From sequence record SRR20825019_212: a stretch of 64,000 nucleotides of DNA. One strand, given 5' to 3'. The notes beneath the pieces are model-generated. The model was given only the letters and a program-made list of their open reading frames with translations. It made no database searches and was not told the origin of the DNA. This document shows, one piece after another, positions 20,273 through 31,128 of the stretch (within the stretch, counting starts at the first letter, position 1; each line of letters begins with the position of its first letter). The position numbers and the translations under genes were made by a program.

Positions 20273-21775
20273 ATGAGCCAGCTAAAGCAAGGTGCTCTAC
20301 TTACCTATCTAAAAATAGGGGTTACCAATATTGTTGGTCTGATCCTTACGCCATACATCATAAAAACCCTTGGTGATTCTGAGTATGGTCTATATGTACT
20401 TGTCGGTTCAATTATAGCCTATTTAGGTTTAATGAACTTAGGGATAAATAATGCAACCGTGAGATATGTTGCAAAGTATAAAGCTTTGGGGGATAAGAAA
20501 TCGGAAAAAATATTTTTAGGAACTACCATGTGGTTGTATTTGATGATTTCAGGTTTAATCATAATTATTGGTTGGGTCATATACTTTAATCTAGAAGATA
20601 TCTTCTCAAAATCTCTATCCTCAAATGAAATAGAAAAGGTAAAGACCATGTTTGTCATACTTGTCTTTAATATGGCCATTGCCCTTCCTGGTGGCACCTA
20701 TTTTGCGATTTGTGGTGCTTATGAACGATTTGTTTTTCCATCAACCGTAATGATATCCAAGTATATTTTAAGGTCCTTGGCTGTGTTCTTAGTACTGTAT
20801 CTTGGTGGTGATGCACTCAGTATCGTTATTACAGATACTGTTTTTAGTTTAGCCATTATAATTGTTTCATTTTTTTATGTTCGGAAAATTCTTAAAATCA
20901 ATATCTCCCTTAAATTTTTTAATAAAAAACTGATTGGTAATATTCTAAGTTATTCTTTATGGGTCTTCCTTTTTGGAATCGTATACAAGTTTCAATGGAA
21001 TGCAGGACAAATCGTACTTGGAATAAACAACAATACCACATTAGTTGCAATTTTTGGCGTTTCTGTACTTTTAGGTGGATACTATGGAGCTTTTGCAGGA
21101 GCAATAAATGGCGTCCTTGTACCTAGAGCTACCCAAATGGTAGTAAAAAACTCCGATGGCAAAGAACTTACCGAGGCGATGATAAAAATAGGTAGAATGA
21201 ACACCTATATTCTTGGCATAATTTTGTCCGGTTTTATATTGTTTGGACAAAGCTTTATAATTCTTTGGGTTGGAGAAAGTTATACGGAATCATATATCAT
21301 TTCACTCCTATTTATGTCCGTTATGACTCTTCCATTGATACAGGCCTTTGGCAATTCCATTTTGGAAGGAATGCGCAAGAATAGGTTTAAATCCGTCCTA
21401 AGCGTCATAACCGTCGGGTTAGGGGTTCTGGCAGGATTTTATCTTTCACCTAAATTTGGATTGGTTGGTATGGCAATACCTTTGGTCAGTGCTATGTTCA
21501 TTAATAGCTTAATCATGAACTTTTACTACAAAAAAACTTTTGATTTTGAAATCATCCCTTTTTTTAAAGATACTATTTTATATCCCCTATTAGTATACGC
21601 TCCACTTATCTACTTATTCCAATATTTCTTAAATCCAACTCATCTTGACTCATGGTTAGGTTTAGTACTTTACGTTGTTATTTATACAATTATTTTTTGT
21701 GCTTTAACCTATACACTTTTAATGAATAGTTATGAAAAAGGATTAATAAAAAAAATAATTTCTTTTAAAAAGTAA
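20273..21775 (+). CDS. wzx: Oligosaccharide flippase
   Basis: Many TM segments; N-terminal LG.SEYGLY pattern typical of polysaccharide flippases; locus context. Confidence 0.85.
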   Translation: MSQLKQGALLTYLKIGVTNIVGLILTPYIIKTLGDSEYGLYVLVGSIIAYLGLMNLGINNATVRYVAKYKALGDKKSEKIFLGTTMWLYLMISGLIIIIGWVIYFNLEDIFSKSLSSNEIEKVKTMFVILVFNMAIALPGGTYFAICGAYERFVFPSTVMISKYILRSLAVFLVLYLGGDALSIVITDTVFSLAIIIVSFFYVRKILKINISLKFFNKKLIGNILSYSLWVFLFGIVYKFQWNAGQIVLGINNNTTLVAIFGVSVLLGGYYGAFAGAINGVLVPRATQMVVKNSDGKELTEAMIKIGRMNTYILGIILSGFILFGQSFIILWVGESYTESYIISLLFMSVMTLPLIQAFGNSILEGMRKNRFKSVLSVITVGLGVLAGFYLSPKFGLVGMAIPLVSAMFINSLIMNFYYKKTFDFEIIPFFKDTILYPLLVYAPLIYLFQYFLNPTHLDSWLGLVLYVVIYTIIFCALTYTLLMNSYEKGLIKKIISFKK

Positions 21776-21779
21776 ACCC

Positions 21780-22910
21780 ATGCAAAAACCTAGAATACTA
21801 TTTTGCGTTGAATCACTTTCATGTGGCGGTGCGGAGAAAAGCTTATTAAGTCTATTAAATAGTATGGACCAAAATAAGTTTGAAATTGATGTGCTTGTTT
21901 ATAAACCTGGTGGGGAATTCGAAAAATTCTTGCCCAAGACAATGAGTTTAAAATCGATAGGCTTTACGCCGGGAATATCTCACAGAATAAATTTTAAATT
22001 ATTGAGGGTGCTTAATCAAAAAAATCGATATCATAATGCACAATTACTTTGGAAAAGTATAAGAGGAGCAATTCCCTCTTATAAAACCAATTACGATATT
22101 GCGGTATCTTGGGGGCAAGGGTTTGCAACTTACTATGTTTCACAAAAAGTTAAGGCTAATAAGAAATATGCCTGGGTGAATATAGACTACGAAAAAGCCG
22201 GTTATTACTGGAAGCAAGACATTTACATTTACAAAGAATTTGATTGTGTTGTAGGTGTTTCTGAATTTGTTAAGGAATCCATGCAGAAATTTTTGCCGGA
22301 GAACCAAGTGATATCCATTCGAAATATTATCGACCCTGATGAAATCAAATCAAGGGGCAAGGAACCAAAACCGGAAAATTTTGAAAAAAATTCAATTAAC
22401 ATTGTTTCCGTTGGAAGGTTAGCAAAGCAAAAAGGATTTGAACTCGCAATAGGTGCAATTAAAAAGTTAGTTGATGAGAATCTTCAGGTTCACCTGTATA
22501 TTGTGGGTGAAGGACCTGAAAGAACAACTTTGGAAAAGGAAATTGAAGATTTGCAATTGGAAAATCACATTACTCTGCTTGGGTTTAGAGATAATCCATA
22601 CCCATATATCAATGATTGTGATATATACCTTCAAAGTTCTTGGTTTGAAGGTTTGGGCAGGACCATTATTGAGGCGGGGTTATTATGCAAACCCATAGTT
22701 ACAACTGATTTTCCGACCGCCTATTCCATTTTAAAAGACAAAGAAACTGGACTGATAGTACCAATGACCGTTGAAAATATAGCACTTGGTATTAAGGAAA
22801 TAATCGAGGATGTTTCCCTGAAAAATAGACTTGTTTCAAATTTGGAAAAACAAGAAGACAAAGAAAAGGAAAAAACACTCAAAGCAGTTTATTCGCTATT
22901 TGAATCATGA
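21780..22910 (+). CDS. Glycosyltransferase family 4 (GT-B)
   Basis: GGAEK, VGRLAKQKG, EGLGRTIIEA (E-x7-E). Confidence 0.87.
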   Translation: MQKPRILFCVESLSCGGAEKSLLSLLNSMDQNKFEIDVLVYKPGGEFEKFLPKTMSLKSIGFTPGISHRINFKLLRVLNQKNRYHNAQLLWKSIRGAIPSYKTNYDIAVSWGQGFATYYVSQKVKANKKYAWVNIDYEKAGYYWKQDIYIYKEFDCVVGVSEFVKESMQKFLPENQVISIRNIIDPDEIKSRGKEPKPENFEKNSINIVSVGRLAKQKGFELAIGAIKKLVDENLQVHLYIVGEGPERTTLEKEIEDLQLENHITLLGFRDNPYPYINDCDIYLQSSWFEGLGRTIIEAGLLCKPIVTTDFPTAYSILKDKETGLIVPMTVENIALGIKEIIEDVSLKNRLVSNLEKQEDKEKEKTLKAVYSLFES

Positions 22911-23935
22911 AAATAGGTATACAGCCCACACCGATAGGATTTACCAACCATTGGATAAAATATTGTGAAGACAATAAGATTCCTTACAAAATTATAGATT
23001 GTTATAGAAATGATGTAATTGAACAATTGGAAGACTGTGATGCGTTTATGTGGAATCATGACCTCTTGCTATCTAAAGATAATATACTTGCCAAAAGAAT
23101 ACTATTTGCGGTAGAACACTCTGGAAAAATAACTTTTCCAAAATTTGAGGAGGGATGGCATTATGACGATAAAATTGCACAGAAGTTTTTATTGGAATCC
23201 ATTAAAGCTCCCCTTGTCCCTTCTTTTCTATTTACCAATTTGAACAAAGCCTTGGAGTGGTCAGGTCAAACCAATTATCCCAAAGTTTTTAAACTGAAAG
23301 GTGGGGCTGGTTCATCTAATGTAAAATTAATAAAGTCTAAACGAGAAGCTGTCAAAGTAATAAACAAGTCCTTTAAAAAAGGGCACAAACCAGTTAACAA
23401 AGACTATTTTTTTGAAGAAGCTCTAAGAAGGTACAAACAAAAAGAAATTGGTTCAATTTCTTTTCTAAAATCTATGGTAAAATATTTTTTACCTGTAAGA
23501 AAGGAGTTTTTACAGATTAAAGAACAAGGTTACGTCTATTTTCAAGAGTTTATACCTAACAATGATAACGATTATAGAATTGTTGTAATTAATCAAAACA
23601 AAGCATTTGGAATCAAGCGTTATAATAGGAAAGATGATTTCAGGGCTTCAGGAAGTGGAAAAATAGAATACTTAGATGAGTCCAATTGTCCCAAAGATTG
23701 TTTGAAAATTGCTTTCGACGTTGCAAAAAGGCTAAACATGGACAGTATTGCTTACGATTTTATTTATGACAAAGATAAAAATCCCTTGATTATTGAAATT
23801 ACATTTGCTTTTGGCTCAAAAGCAAGCAAGGCTAGTGGATATTGGGATGAGGATTTTAAATGGCATAGTGAGAAAATAAATATGCAACAATGGATGGTTG
23901 AAAACGTAATGAAACGTGTAAAAATCAACAATTAG
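22907..23935 (+). CDS. ATP-grasp (RimK-like) ligase
   Basis: YDDK, VFKLKGGAGSSNV, YFQEFIP, DYRI, DFRASGSG, AYDF...IIEI. Confidence 0.75.
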   Translation: MKIGIQPTPIGFTNHWIKYCEDNKIPYKIIDCYRNDVIEQLEDCDAFMWNHDLLLSKDNILAKRILFAVEHSGKITFPKFEEGWHYDDKIAQKFLLESIKAPLVPSFLFTNLNKALEWSGQTNYPKVFKLKGGAGSSNVKLIKSKREAVKVINKSFKKGHKPVNKDYFFEEALRRYKQKEIGSISFLKSMVKYFLPVRKEFLQIKEQGYVYFQEFIPNNDNDYRIVVINQNKAFGIKRYNRKDDFRASGSGKIEYLDESNCPKDCLKIAFDVAKRLNMDSIAYDFIYDKDKNPLIIEITFAFGSKASKASGYWDEDFKWHSEKINMQQWMVENVMKRVKINN

Positions 23936-23940
23936 TAAAA

Positions 23941-25062
23941 ATGAAGATACAAACTATCACCTGCCACGATGTTTATAATTATGGTGCCAGCCTTCAAGAG
24001 TATGCTCTTTTGGAATTTTTGAAAAAAGAAGGCCATACACCTGAAACAATAAACTACAAACCACCGTACCTTAGTAATCACTTTAACCTTTGGCAGGTTT
24101 CCCACCCCTTTTTTAGTCGAAATGTTTTAACCCGTTTAATCTATCTGGCTTTAAAACTTCCCAAAAGGCTTTATAACAGAAAAAGGAAAAAGAATTTTGA
24201 TGACTTTACCAAAAACTATATTCCATCGACCCATACGCTTTATAAAAACAATGAAGAATTAAAAAAAAACCTTCCCATTGCAGAAGCTTATATCTGTGGA
24301 AGTGATCAAATTTGGAATTCATTTTTTGAGAACGGCAAAGATCCCGCATTTTACTTGGACTTTGTTCCGTCCAATAAATTAAAAATTTCCTATGCAGCAA
24401 GTTTTGCGATTGATAGTTTGGAAGAAAATTTAAAACCGTTCGTAAAAGAACAGGTTTCCCGTTTAAACCACGTTGCCGTTCGGGAAACATCTGGTGTGAA
24501 AATTCTTAATGATTTGGGGATTGATAATGTCGTCCAAGTTTTAGATCCTGTGTTTTTATTGGATAAAAATCATTGGGCAAGCATAGCAAAACCAAAAAAA
24601 GTTCATGAAGACTACATTTTCATTTATGATTTTGATTATAACCCAGCAATACAAGAATTTGCTCAGAGAGTTCAAAGCAAAACAGGTTATAAAATAATCA
24701 GCATGAACGAGTTGAATACCTATTCGGACCACAATTATTATCTTGAAGGCCCCGAAGTCTTCTTAGATCTTGTTAAAAACGCAAAACTGGTAGTTGCAAA
24801 TTCCTTTCATGCAGTTGCCTTCTCTATTATTTTCCAAAAAGAGATGGTTGTTTTCAACAGAAAAGAGGCTATAAATACAAGGATGAGAGACCTGTTGAGC
24901 CTCTTTAATATTCATGGTCGCCTTTTTGGCAAAAACGATGAAGTTGCTTGGGATAACTTAGGTAAAATCAATTACGATGAAATTCAGGGTAGTATTCATC
25001 AAAACATTGAATATTCCAAAAATTATTTAAGAAAGGCCTTGAACAATTCTAAATTGAATTAA
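23941..25062 (+). CDS. Polysaccharide pyruvyl transferase family protein
   Basis: NYGASLQ, CGSDQIWN, SYAASF, VRE, DPVFLL, NSFHA. Confidence 0.85.
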   Translation: MKIQTITCHDVYNYGASLQEYALLEFLKKEGHTPETINYKPPYLSNHFNLWQVSHPFFSRNVLTRLIYLALKLPKRLYNRKRKKNFDDFTKNYIPSTHTLYKNNEELKKNLPIAEAYICGSDQIWNSFFENGKDPAFYLDFVPSNKLKISYAASFAIDSLEENLKPFVKEQVSRLNHVAVRETSGVKILNDLGIDNVVQVLDPVFLLDKNHWASIAKPKKVHEDYIFIYDFDYNPAIQEFAQRVQSKTGYKIISMNELNTYSDHNYYLEGPEVFLDLVKNAKLVVANSFHAVAFSIIFQKEMVVFNRKEAINTRMRDLLSLFNIHGRLFGKNDEVAWDNLGKINYDEIQGSIHQNIEYSKNYLRKALNNSKLN

Positions 25063-25073
25063 AACAACTCATT

Positions 25074-26171
25074 ATGAGACTGTTATATGTCACAAATCAA
25101 ATAAGCGGTCCTGGCGGATTGGAAAGGGTTCTGTCTATAAAAGCAAGCTATTTTGCCAATCAACTTGGACATGATGTACACATTTTGACTTTAAATGACA
25201 CAACAGACTCCCTTTTCTTCGATTTTAGTTCTGCAATCCAAACACATAATATCGAGCTAAAACGCTCCCCTATCCATTATATTAAAGGTTATTTAATAGG
25301 TATCAAGAATACAATTTCCAAGGTTAACCCCGATATTATTTTGGTTTGCGATGATGGGTTAAAGGGCATGCTCCTCCCCTTTTTTTTAGGGAAATCAAGG
25401 CCAATGATCTATGAAAGGCATGTTTCCAAAAACATAGCTGTTAAAAATGAAAATCCCTCGCTACTTCAAAAAATAAAAAATAAGATACAGTTTAAATTAA
25501 TGGCCTGGGGTGCATCTAAATATGATGCTTTCGTGGTATTGACAAATGGAAATCTTAATGAGTGGAACCTTCCTAATCTTACGGTTATTCCCAATCCCTT
25601 ATCCTTTTCTCCACAAATTAATGCTTTGGAAAAAAATAAATCGGTAATAGCTGTGGGTAAACATTGCTTCCAAAAAGGATATGATCTTTTGGTTAAAGCA
25701 TGGAAGTCTGTCAACCAAAAGCACCCTGAGTGGAAACTTGAAATTTATGGAACAAAAAATCCGGATTTCTCGGTTTCACCCTTGATTGATAAATACAATT
25801 TAAACAGTTCCATACTTCTTCACAATCCTACCAAAGACATCGCCTCCGAGTTCCAAAGAACAGCCATTCATGTGCTTTCTAGTAGGTTCGAAGGTTTTGG
25901 AATGGTTATTACGGAAGCTATGGCATGTGGATTACCCTCCATTTCTTTTGACTGCCCATATGGCCCATCAGATATTATAACTAACGAAGAAAATGGACTA
26001 TTGGTAAAAAATGGAGATACCGAAGCTTTATCCAATGCAATTTGCCAACTTATTGAAGATAAAGCATTGCGAGAAAGATTGGGAAAGAACGCCATCGAAT
26101 CCATAAATCGTTATAAGATTGAGGAAATCGCAAAACAATGGAACAGTTTATTTAAAAGCTTAGCGGCTTAA
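25074..26171 (+). CDS. Glycosyltransferase family 4 (AmsD-like)
   Basis: GGLER, VIPNP, SSRFEGFGMVITEAM, FDCPYGP. Confidence 0.88.
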   Translation: MRLLYVTNQISGPGGLERVLSIKASYFANQLGHDVHILTLNDTTDSLFFDFSSAIQTHNIELKRSPIHYIKGYLIGIKNTISKVNPDIILVCDDGLKGMLLPFFLGKSRPMIYERHVSKNIAVKNENPSLLQKIKNKIQFKLMAWGASKYDAFVVLTNGNLNEWNLPNLTVIPNPLSFSPQINALEKNKSVIAVGKHCFQKGYDLLVKAWKSVNQKHPEWKLEIYGTKNPDFSVSPLIDKYNLNSSILLHNPTKDIASEFQRTAIHVLSSRFEGFGMVITEAMACGLPSISFDCPYGPSDIITNEENGLLVKNGDTEALSNAICQLIEDKALRERLGKNAIESINRYKIEEIAKQWNSLFKSLAA

Positions 26172-26277
26172 AGATTACAATTCAACTAAAGATTAGGTCA
26201 TTTAAAGAAATCCGTTTTAAATGCGCCTTATATCTTATACTTTAGAAGATAAATTTTAAAACCCCACTAACCGTAGA

Positions 26278-27381
26278 ATGAAGACCATTGTTATTTTAAC
26301 AGACCAGCTCCATAAAATTGGAGGTATCAACAGTCTCATTCAATTGAAAGCAAATCATTGGGTCAATAACAACTATGTGGTCCATATCATAACCACTGAA
26401 CAGGGCGCAAATACTCCATTTTATGAATTTGACCCTAAAATTGGAATACATGATTTAGGTATTGATTACGACAGAAACCAAAGTTATTTCGGAAAAGAAA
26501 ATCTTCCTAAAGTCCTCAAGAATTTTTGGTTGTTGAAGAAGTCGCTAAAAAAAATCAGTCCCGATTTGTTGATTATAGCCAATCATATTCCGGTGACTTA
26601 TTTTTTTCCATTTTTAAAGTCCAAATCCAAGGTTTTAAAGGAATATCATTTTACCCAATTTTTCCGGTCACAAAAAAAGGTTACGCTTTTTAAGAGATTT
26701 GAAAACTATATCGAATCCAAGTTGGACTTTCAAGTGGTTTTGAACAAAGAAGAAACAACGTTTTACAACTCGGATAAAGTCCAGTATATTCCCAACCCTA
26801 TTCCATTTACTCAATTAGGAACTCTCAATAATCATGAAAGGGAACCCATAGCTATGGCTGCGGGTCGTATATCTACTGTAAAACGCTTTGATGTTCTTCT
26901 TGAAATTTGGGCAAAATTCAAAGAATGGGATGATACTTGGCGTTTGGAAATTTATGGAGATGGTCCTAAAAATGAAATTGAGCATCTTAACGACCTAATC
27001 ATTAAACTTGGTTTGGGAGATTCTGTTAAAATTCTAAAACCGGTCAACAACCTTCCCGAGATTATGTGTACAAGGGGAATGTACCTTATGACTTCTGAAC
27101 AAGAATGCTTTCCAATGGTATTGTTGGAAGCACAGGCCTCAGGACTTCCAATTGTATCTTTCGACTGTCCCACGGGACCAAGAAACATAATTAAATCTGG
27201 AGAAGATGGAATCTTGGTTGAGTTTAACAATCAGGAGGCATTTGTAAAAGCAGTATCCAGACTAAGCTCTGATGAAAGTCTAAGGGAAAAGCTAACCTTA
27301 AACGGGCTGGAATCCGTTCAACAATATCTTTTGGGCAATGTAATGCAACAATGGGAAGATAAAATACTAAGTAAGATATAA
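26278..27381 (+). CDS. Glycosyltransferase family 4 (AmsD-like)
   Basis: [26 protein letters not shown]. Confidence 0.87.
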   Translation: MKTIVILTDQLHKIGGINSLIQLKANHWVNNNYVVHIITTEQGANTPFYEFDPKIGIHDLGIDYDRNQSYFGKENLPKVLKNFWLLKKSLKKISPDLLIIANHIPVTYFFPFLKSKSKVLKEYHFTQFFRSQKKVTLFKRFENYIESKLDFQVVLNKEETTFYNSDKVQYIPNPIPFTQLGTLNNHEREPIAMAAGRISTVKRFDVLLEIWAKFKEWDDTWRLEIYGDGPKNEIEHLNDLIIKLGLGDSVKILKPVNNLPEIMCTRGMYLMTSEQECFPMVLLEAQASGLPIVSFDCPTGPRNIIKSGEDGILVEFNNQEAFVKAVSRLSSDESLREKLTLNGLESVQQYLLGNVMQQWEDKILSKI

Positions 27382-27944
27382 TGAGAAGGTTATTTATTAA
27401 GATATACAGATTTGCCTTTATACTCCATGGTATCGATTTTTTACGATCCGCCGATAAAGAGACCATTATAGGGGACATATATTCGCAAAAGGAGAAGCCT
27501 TCCAATAGATCTAGAATATTTTTTGACCTTCTGGAAAAACTTGCATCCGACAAGTATTTTAGAACATTGTTTTATTTTAGAACCCGCGGGCTTCTAAGTA
27601 ATTTTTTACGCATATTTTTCCCGCGGGACCAGCGGTTTACAATTGATATCAATACAGAATTGGGAGGTGGTGTAATCTTGGCCCACCCCTACAGTAGTAT
27701 TATCAATGCGGAATCTGTTGGTAAGAATCTATATATCAATCAATTGGTGACCATAGGTGAAAGCAATGGCCACAGACCAAAAATAGGAAACAACGTAAAA
27801 CTGTATACCAATGCTACAATTATTGGGGGCATAACCATTGGCGACAATGTAGTGGTCGGTGCAGGATCTGTAGTTGTAAAGGACGTTCCTTCCAATTGCA
27901 TCATCGCTGGTAATCCGGCAAAAATTATTAGATACGTAAAATAA
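27381..27944 (+). CDS. Hexapeptide-repeat O-acetyltransferase (CysE/WcaB-like)
   Basis: Left-handed beta-helix repeats; [12 protein letters not shown]...GNPAK. Confidence 0.82.
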   Translation: MRRLFIKIYRFAFILHGIDFLRSADKETIIGDIYSQKEKPSNRSRIFFDLLEKLASDKYFRTLFYFRTRGLLSNFLRIFFPRDQRFTIDINTELGGGVILAHPYSSIINAESVGKNLYINQLVTIGESNGHRPKIGNNVKLYTNATIIGGITIGDNVVVGAGSVVVKDVPSNCIIAGNPAKIIRYVK

Positions 27945-27948
27945 ATAT

Positions 27949-29046
27949 ATGTTCTCATTTGTACCATTAGAGTCATATTATCCTTTATATATAAACCTTT
28001 GCCTCTTTCTGGTAATCTTTACTTTGTTACATACTTGGATTTTAGATATTGACAATCGCTCCAATCTAACCTTTATTAATTTGGCAGGTCTTTTTCTATT
28101 GGTCTTTATAATTCTCTACATGGGTCAAAGAGAAATTGACGGTATCTTCTTTGGTGATACTGTAAATTATGCCCATACTTATCAGAATTATGCAATGGGA
28201 GGTCAAATCCAAAAAGACGTCGATTTAGGTTGGCATAATTTCATGAAGTTTATGTCGAGTTATGTACCTATTTCAATGTTCTTTACAGTTGTGGCCTTTA
28301 TATATACATTTCCTTTATATAAGATATCCGTCACCTACTTTGGCAGACATTGGTACTATGCATTTATTATGTTTCTTGTTTCCTTTTCTTTTTGGACCTA
28401 TGGGGTAAATGGGATTCGCAATGGTGCCGCTTGTTCATTGTTTCTTTGGGGGCTTTGTTACGAAAGGAAAAAGCTATTGATGGCCCTATTTTTCTTGCTT
28501 GGGGTTTCTTTTCATAAAACTGTTCTGCTGCCTGTATTGGCATATTTAGTTACTTATGTATATAACAATCCCAAATTCTTTTTTTTGGGATGGCTTCTGT
28601 GTATTCCCCTATCCCTTGCTGCAGGAGGGGTATGGATCAACCTTTTTGCCAGTTTAGGTTTTGGCGATGATAGGTTGTCGGGTTATCTAACATCAAGTTC
28701 ATCTGCTGGCACTTTTTCCAACACAGGTTTTCGTTGGGATTTTTTATTTCATTCGGCCTTTGCTGTTTTTGCAGGTTGGTATTTTGTATTGAAAAGGAAA
28801 TTTGAGGACACCACCTATAATAGGCTTTTGATTACCTATTTGATTTGTAACGGATTTTGGATTTTGGTCATCAAGGCAAATTTTTCAAACCGCTTTGCCT
28901 ACCTTTCCTGGTTTATGATGGCTATTGTAATCATCTATCCTATGTTAAAAAAACAGTTTTTCTCAAATCAACATTTTATGATCGGAAAAGTAATGGCCGT
29001 CTACTTTTCATTTACCTATTTAATGTACTATATCTATTATTCTTAA
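27949..29046 (+). CDS. EpsG family protein, putative Wzy polymerase
   Basis: About 10 TMs; GDTVNY, NGIRNG, SFHKT, NRFAY; the only polymerase candidate in the locus. Confidence 0.75.
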   Translation: MFSFVPLESYYPLYINLCLFLVIFTLLHTWILDIDNRSNLTFINLAGLFLLVFIILYMGQREIDGIFFGDTVNYAHTYQNYAMGGQIQKDVDLGWHNFMKFMSSYVPISMFFTVVAFIYTFPLYKISVTYFGRHWYYAFIMFLVSFSFWTYGVNGIRNGAACSLFLWGLCYERKKLLMALFFLLGVSFHKTVLLPVLAYLVTYVYNNPKFFFLGWLLCIPLSLAAGGVWINLFASLGFGDDRLSGYLTSSSSAGTFSNTGFRWDFLFHSAFAVFAGWYFVLKRKFEDTTYNRLLITYLICNGFWILVIKANFSNRFAYLSWFMMAIVIIYPMLKKQFFSNQHFMIGKVMAVYFSFTYLMYYIYYS

Positions 29047-29053
29047 AGAGCTT

Positions 29054-29938
29054 ATGAAAACGTTAACCGTATTCACCCCTTCTTTCAATAGGGCTTATTG
29101 TTTGGACCAATTATACAACAGTCTTGTTCAACAATCCAGTAAAGATTTTTGCTGGCTTATTATAGATGATGGCTCTTCCGATAATACTAAAGAACTAGTG
29201 CAATCGTGGATTGATGAAAATCTTATTGACATCCAATACCATCATCAAGAAAATCAAGGTATGCACGGTGGGCATAATTCGGCTTATAAACTAATTAAAA
29301 CCGAATTGAATCTTTGTATCGATTCTGACGATTTTATGCCAACAAATGGTGTTGAACTAATTTTAAAACAATGGTCGGAAGTAAAGGATAATCCTCATTT
29401 AGCTGGAATAATAGGCCTGGATGCGAACAAGTCAGGAAAAATATTAGGAACCAAACTTCCTGAAGGTATAGAAGAAGCTACTTTATATGACCTACACCAC
29501 AAATACAAGGTTACCGGAGATAAAAAATTGGTGTTACGCACGGCAGTGGTCCGAGAATTCCCGCCTTATCCAATTTACGAAGATGAAAGACTGGTTCCTT
29601 TGGGTACCTTATACCTACAAATAGACCAAAAGTATAAATATAAATGTGCAAATGAAGTCTATTGTATTGTAGAGTATCTGGAGGATGGATCTTCCCGGAA
29701 CATACTAAAGCAATATAAAAGAAGTCCAAGGGGATTTCTTTATTCAAGGATATTGGAAATGAAGTATTCAAAGTCTTGGACCTATACATTCACAAGGGCA
29801 ATGCACTATATTTCTTCTTGCATTTTTATTAAAAAATGGAATTTTTTAAGCGGTAATCCCAAAAAGGTGACAACCATACTAGCTCTTCCCTTTGGAATTC
29901 TATTGCACATTTACATACTTTTAAAAATTAGGAGATGA
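29054..29938 (+). CDS. Glycosyltransferase family 2
   Basis: FTPSFNRA, IIDDGSSD, ENQG, DSDD. Confidence 0.9.
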   Translation: MKTLTVFTPSFNRAYCLDQLYNSLVQQSSKDFCWLIIDDGSSDNTKELVQSWIDENLIDIQYHHQENQGMHGGHNSAYKLIKTELNLCIDSDDFMPTNGVELILKQWSEVKDNPHLAGIIGLDANKSGKILGTKLPEGIEEATLYDLHHKYKVTGDKKLVLRTAVVREFPPYPIYEDERLVPLGTLYLQIDQKYKYKCANEVYCIVEYLEDGSSRNILKQYKRSPRGFLYSRILEMKYSKSWTYTFTRAMHYISSCIFIKKWNFLSGNPKKVTTILALPFGILLHIYILLKIRR

Positions 29939-31032
29939 AAATACTTCATATCGCAAATAGTCTACAGACCGGTGGAGCAGAAAAATTGCTGGTGGAAAGC
30001 ATTCCCAGGCTTAACAATAAAGAACACCTAAATGTAGATTTATTATTGCTCTCGGCAGATGATGAGCCCTTTCTCAAAGTACTTCGATCAAAGCAGACGG
30101 GACAAATATTCAGTTTGAGCAAGAAACAGATGTACAACCCATTGTTCATATTTAGAATACGGCCATTCCTAAAAAAATATGATATTGTCCATGTCCACTT
30201 ATTTCCCTCATTATATTGGGCAGGATTCGCAAAACTATTGTCTACTTCAAAGGTAAAAATGGTGTATACAGAACATAACACCACAAACAGAAGAAGAGAA
30301 ATTACCCTATTTAAATATTTAGACCGGTTTGTGTATTCACTGTTTGACAAAATAATAACCATCTCCCCAGATGTAGATAAGAATATTAAATCCCATTTAG
30401 GAGCTAAATCAGGTGACGATAAGTTCTTGAAAATTCCAAATGGGGTTGATATATCTGCTATCAACGAGGCACAACCAATCAATAAGGCCGATATTAGTCC
30501 TTTATTTAATAATGATTCCATAATACTTTTGCAGGTATCCTCTTTTACAGCACAAAAGGATCAAAAAACCGTTATTAAAGCGTTACAAAATTTGCCCGAA
30601 AATGTAATGGCTTGTTTTGTAGGGGATGGACCTTTAAAAAAAGAATGTGAAGTTTATGCAAAAGAACTAAACTTAAGTAACAGAGTTGTTTTTCTAGGAA
30701 TTAGAACAGATGTGGTAAGACTATTAAAATCTGTAGATTATGTTGTTTTGTCATCATATTTTGAAGGGTTATCACTTGCAAGTATTGAAGGAATGGCATC
30801 GGGCAAGCCATTTATCGCCACTAACGTCCCTGGACTTGGTGATATTGTTAAAGGAGCAGGAATATTGTTCCCTGTAAATAATAGCGAAATACTTTCCCAG
30901 ATTGTAAAAGAGCTTATGCTTGACAAGTCACTTTGTACAAAAGTTATTGAAAGTTGTAAAGCAAGGGCATCGGAATATGATATTGCCCTTATGATTAACA
31001 AAATAAATACTTTATACAGTAGCTTAATGTAA
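29935..31032 (+). CDS. Glycosyltransferase family 4
   Basis: GGAEK, HVHLF, TEH, IPNG, EGLSLASIEGM. Confidence 0.88.
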   Translation: MKILHIANSLQTGGAEKLLVESIPRLNNKEHLNVDLLLLSADDEPFLKVLRSKQTGQIFSLSKKQMYNPLFIFRIRPFLKKYDIVHVHLFPSLYWAGFAKLLSTSKVKMVYTEHNTTNRRREITLFKYLDRFVYSLFDKIITISPDVDKNIKSHLGAKSGDDKFLKIPNGVDISAINEAQPINKADISPLFNNDSIILLQVSSFTAQKDQKTVIKALQNLPENVMACFVGDGPLKKECEVYAKELNLSNRVVFLGIRTDVVRLLKSVDYVVLSSYFEGLSLASIEGMASGKPFIATNVPGLGDIVKGAGILFPVNNSEILSQIVKELMLDKSLCTKVIESCKARASEYDIALMINKINTLYSSLM

Positions 31033-31070
31033 TTTAGTTTGAGCCAAGATGATGAAGAAATCCCGTTAAC

Positions 31071-31108
31071 AAAAAATGGTCTGCAAGATTTGCTTGCAGA
31101 CCATTTTT
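31071..31108. terminator. Bidirectional intrinsic terminator
   Basis: AAAAATGGTCTGCAAG-atttg-CTTGCAGACCATTTTT between convergent genes. Confidence 0.88.
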
Positions 31109-31128
31109 AAATTTTTAAGAACTTATCC

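Noticed and set aside
24261-24269. A9 tract in the pyruvyl-transferase-family gene (and T9 at 40909-40917) as phase-variation switches
   Set aside because: Both genes are in frame, and such runs are common in AT-rich, Lys-rich coding DNA.
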